Below are positions 61,713-64,000 of a DNA stretch of 64,000 bases, piece by piece. The stretch's first letter is position 1. Each line of letters opens with the position of its first letter. The notes under the pieces are model-generated. The model saw only the letters and a program-made list of their open reading frames with translations. It did not search any database and was not told where the DNA came from. The translations under genes and the position numbers were made by a program. This DNA comes from Anderseniella sp. (GTDB lineage Bacteria; Pseudomonadota; Alphaproteobacteria; Rhizobiales; Aestuariivirgaceae): positions 42,562-106,561 of the forward strand of contig JANQOK010000020.1 in NCBI GenBank assembly GCA_028289645.1. The letters are read 5' to 3'.

Positions 61713-61803
61713 CAATCCGCAGCGGCAAAGCTTCATAAAATTCAGCGGCTTACTGCGTTAAGCTGCTGTTTCATCCGGATCATGTGTCAGTTGCTCGCGA
61801 GAC

Positions 61804-62460
61804 CTAGTCTTCCTTCAGTTCCACAGCGAGACGCTTGTCGAGATAATCGGCACAGATATCCGTCAGATCCGGGATCTTGTCTTCAAAGAAGTGATTCGTG
61901 TCAGGCATCACTTCATGGTCGATCTTGATACCCTTCTGGGTTTTCAGCTTGGCCACGAGTGCATTGATGGAATCGGCGGGCGTGACCGTGTCGTACTGGC
62001 CATTGACGAACAGGCCCGATGCCGGGCAGGGGGCCAGGAACGAAAAGTCGTAGTGCTTGGCCAGCGGCGCAATGGAGATAAATCCTGCTATCTCAGGGCG
62101 CCGCATCAGCAACTGCATCGAAATCCACGCACCGAACGAGATGCCGACAATCCAGCAGGTGGCCGCTTCCTTGTTGTAGGTCTGCATCCAGTCCAGCGCC
62201 GCTGCGGCATCAGACAGCTCGCCGGCGCCGTTGTCGAACAGGCCCTGGGACCGGCCGACACCGCGGAAGTTGAAGCGCAGGACCGAGAATCCGCGGTCAC
62301 GAAACATATAGTAGAGATCATGCACGATCGGATTGTTCATCGTGCCGCCGAACTGCGGATGCGGATGCAGAATCAGGGCGATTGGCGAGCCGTGCTCCGG
62401 ATTGTGGTGATAGCGGCCTTCAATGCGACCGGCGGGTCCGTTAAAAATGACCTCAGGCAT
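61804..62460 (-). CDS. Conserved alpha/beta hydrolase (alphaproteobacterial, next to the Fe-S cluster locus)
   Basis: MPEVIFNGPAGRIEG, HPHPQFGGTMNN, FNFRGVGRSQG, GISFG nucleophile elbow, NHFF. Confidence 0.92.
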   Translation of the reverse strand: MPEVIFNGPAGRIEGRYHHNPEHGSPIALILHPHPQFGGTMNNPIVHDLYYMFRDRGFSVLRFNFRGVGRSQGLFDNGAGELSDAAAALDWMQTYNKEAATCWIVGISFGAWISMQLLMRRPEIAGFISIAPLAKHYDFSFLAPCPASGLFVNGQYDTVTPADSINALVAKLKTQKGIKIDHEVMPDTNHFFEDKIPDLTDICADYLDKRLAVELKED

Positions 62461-62573
62461 ACGTTTGACATCCGTTCTCAAAAAAAGGTTGCCCTGACAC
62501 AATGACGAGGCAACGAGGATTTGACCCTCTCATCAGCAATTGATGTGAAAAACGCTGAATTTGGCGGGACTGA

Positions 62574-62598
62574 ATTGTTGACTCTGCTTGTCGGGTAT
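62574..62598. promoter_or_regulatory. IscR type-1-like operator overlapping a TTGACT-N17-TATATC promoter
   Basis: ATTGTTGACTCTGCTTGTCGGGTAT matches 20 of 25 positions of ATASYYGACTRWWWYAGTCRRSTAT. Confidence 0.65.
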
Positions 62599-62753
62599 TC
62601 TATATCCAGTTTAGAACTATTCAAGAAACCGTTGCGGCCCGGAAACGGGCGCTTAGGCGGGGTCTTACACAATTTGACAGCGGGAATGCAAGCTTTACGG
62701 GCACTGGATCACTCGCCCGGACGTATTCGCGCGCCAATGGAGTGAGTAATAGC

Positions 62754-63227
62754 ATGAAGCTCTCGACAAAAGGCAGATATGCCGTAATGGCCATGGCTGA
62801 TATTGCGGCCCAGCCCGAAGGCGTCCTTGTGCCATTGGGGGATGTGTCCGAACGGCAGGACATTAGTCAGGAATACCTTGAGCAACTGTTTGCAAAGCTT
62901 CGCCGCGCCGGCCTCGTGGAAAGCCAGCGTGGTCCCGGTGGCGGCTACAAACTTGCCCGCTCGTCTGATCGCATCAATATCGCAGATATCGTGACAGCAG
63001 CCGATGAGCCCATGCAGGTGACACGCTGTCAGGGCGACGCCATTGACGGCTGTGTGAAGGGTGAAAAGTGTGTCACCCACGAGCTGTGGGCGGCACTTGG
63101 CCGTCAGGTGTACGGTTTTCTGTCGGCAGTGACCCTGGGGGATGTTGTCAATCAGCGCAACCTGGCGCTGGAAGCCTCAATCCGCCGCGCCAAGACTCAC
63201 CCTGTCAGCAACATGGTGCAGAACTGA
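62754..63227 (+). CDS. iscR: Rrf2 family regulator, IscR-type
   Basis: MKLSTKGRYAV, YLEQLF.KLRRAGLV.S.RGPGGGY.L; Cys triad plus His C-x7-C-x5-C-x2-H. Confidence 0.85.
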   Translation: MKLSTKGRYAVMAMADIAAQPEGVLVPLGDVSERQDISQEYLEQLFAKLRRAGLVESQRGPGGGYKLARSSDRINIADIVTAADEPMQVTRCQGDAIDGCVKGEKCVTHELWAALGRQVYGFLSAVTLGDVVNQRNLALEASIRRAKTHPVSNMVQN

Positions 63228-63239
63228 GTGCCTGAAGTG

Positions 63240-64000
63240 ATGCGTACCTATCTCGATCACAATGCGACCAGCCCGGTAAGGCCCGAAGCGCGCGACGCAA
63301 TGCTTGCCGCTCTGGATCTGCACGGCAACGCGTCTTCGGTGCATGAGGAAGGCCGAAAGGCCCGCGCGCTGATCGAATCTGCTCGCGAACAGGTTGCGCG
63401 CGCGCTCGGGACCATTGCGCCAACTGTAGTGTTCACTGGCGGTGGCTCGGAGAGCTGCAATCAGGCACTTCGCTGCGTGAAGGCTGATCGCCTGATCGTA
63501 TCGGCAATCGAGCACCCGTGCGTGCTGGAGGCTGCCAGGGCAGCCGGCCGGCCGGTCGATGTGCTGCCGGTCACCGAAGAAGGTGTGGTTGACCTGTCAG
63601 CGCTTGCATCGTTGCTGGCAAAGGCTGACGGGCGGATTCTGGTTTCGGTCATGCTGGCCAACAACGAAACCGGCGCCGTTCAGCCGATACGTGATGTCGT
63701 GGCGCTGGCTGCCCAACATGACGCACTGGTGCATTGCGATGCGGTACAGGCACTCGGCAAACTGCCGGTCAACTTCGGCCTGCTCGGCGTCGACCTGCTC
63801 AGCGTCTCGGCCCACAAACTGGGCGGTCCGCAGGGCGTCGGCGCGCTGGTGATACGCGATGGACTGCCGGTCGCGCCACTCGTGGCCGGCGGAGGTCAGG
63901 AGTTGCGGCGCCGGGCCGGGACGGAAAATGTTGCCGGCATCGCCGGCTTCGCAGCCGCGGTTCGTGCCGCTGGCGAAAACGAATCTGATTTCAGGAACCT
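63240..64000 (+). CDS. Cysteine desulfurase (IscS/NifS family), 3' truncated by window edge
   Basis: YLDHNATSP, GNASSVH, HCDAVQA.GK, SAHKLGGPQG, GGGQE.RRRAGTEN. Confidence 0.93.
   Translation, partial: MRTYLDHNATSPVRPEARDAMLAALDLHGNASSVHEEGRKARALIESAREQVARALGTIAPTVVFTGGGSESCNQALRCVKADRLIVSAIEHPCVLEAARAAGRPVDVLPVTEEGVVDLSALASLLAKADGRILVSVMLANNETGAVQPIRDVVALAAQHDALVHCDAVQALGKLPVNFGLLGVDLLSVSAHKLGGPQGVGALVIRDGLPVAPLVAGGGQELRRRAGTENVAGIAGFAAAVRAAGENESDFRN

Noticed and set aside
49293-61803. Integrative or mobile element call for the idr island
   Set aside because: No integrase, transposase, tRNA target or convincing att repeats at the outer boundaries.

Overview
64 kb of chromosome from a GC-rich alphaproteobacterium. 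The gene set and order are Hyphomicrobiales/Rhizobiales-like; the genus cannot be fixed from the sequence. The conserved backbone is nrdJ | NDUFA12-mlaD-DUF2155 | aat-accC-accB-aroQ-DsbA-M48 | aminotransferase | rne | amiC-PBP1A-prfB | bactofilin-M23 | bcp | YhdP | tyrS-anmK | alpha/beta hydrolase | iscR-cysteine desulfurase. Two accessory blocks interrupt it. (1) About 7.1-16.9 kb: an FNR-box-preceded 33-aa small ORF, an Lrp-megL-mdeB methionine catabolism locus, a HExxH secreted protein, and an SHMT-fold enzyme with a non-canonical active site plus a GcvA-type regulator. (2) The highlight, about 49.3-61.8 kb, between anmK and the alpha/beta hydrolase gene: a complete idrP-idrP-idrB-idrA-type cluster (two di-haem cytochrome c peroxidases, a Tat Rieske subunit and an AioA-like molybdoenzyme), i.e. 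a candidate dissimilatory iodate reductase. It comes with a divergent OmpR-type regulator/hybrid kinase pair, tor-box-like decamer repeats in the operon promoter, and a downstream HEAT-repeat protein plus MoeA. No tRNA, rRNA, CRISPR array, integrase or transposase was seen. All calls come from reading motifs by eye; no database searches were run.
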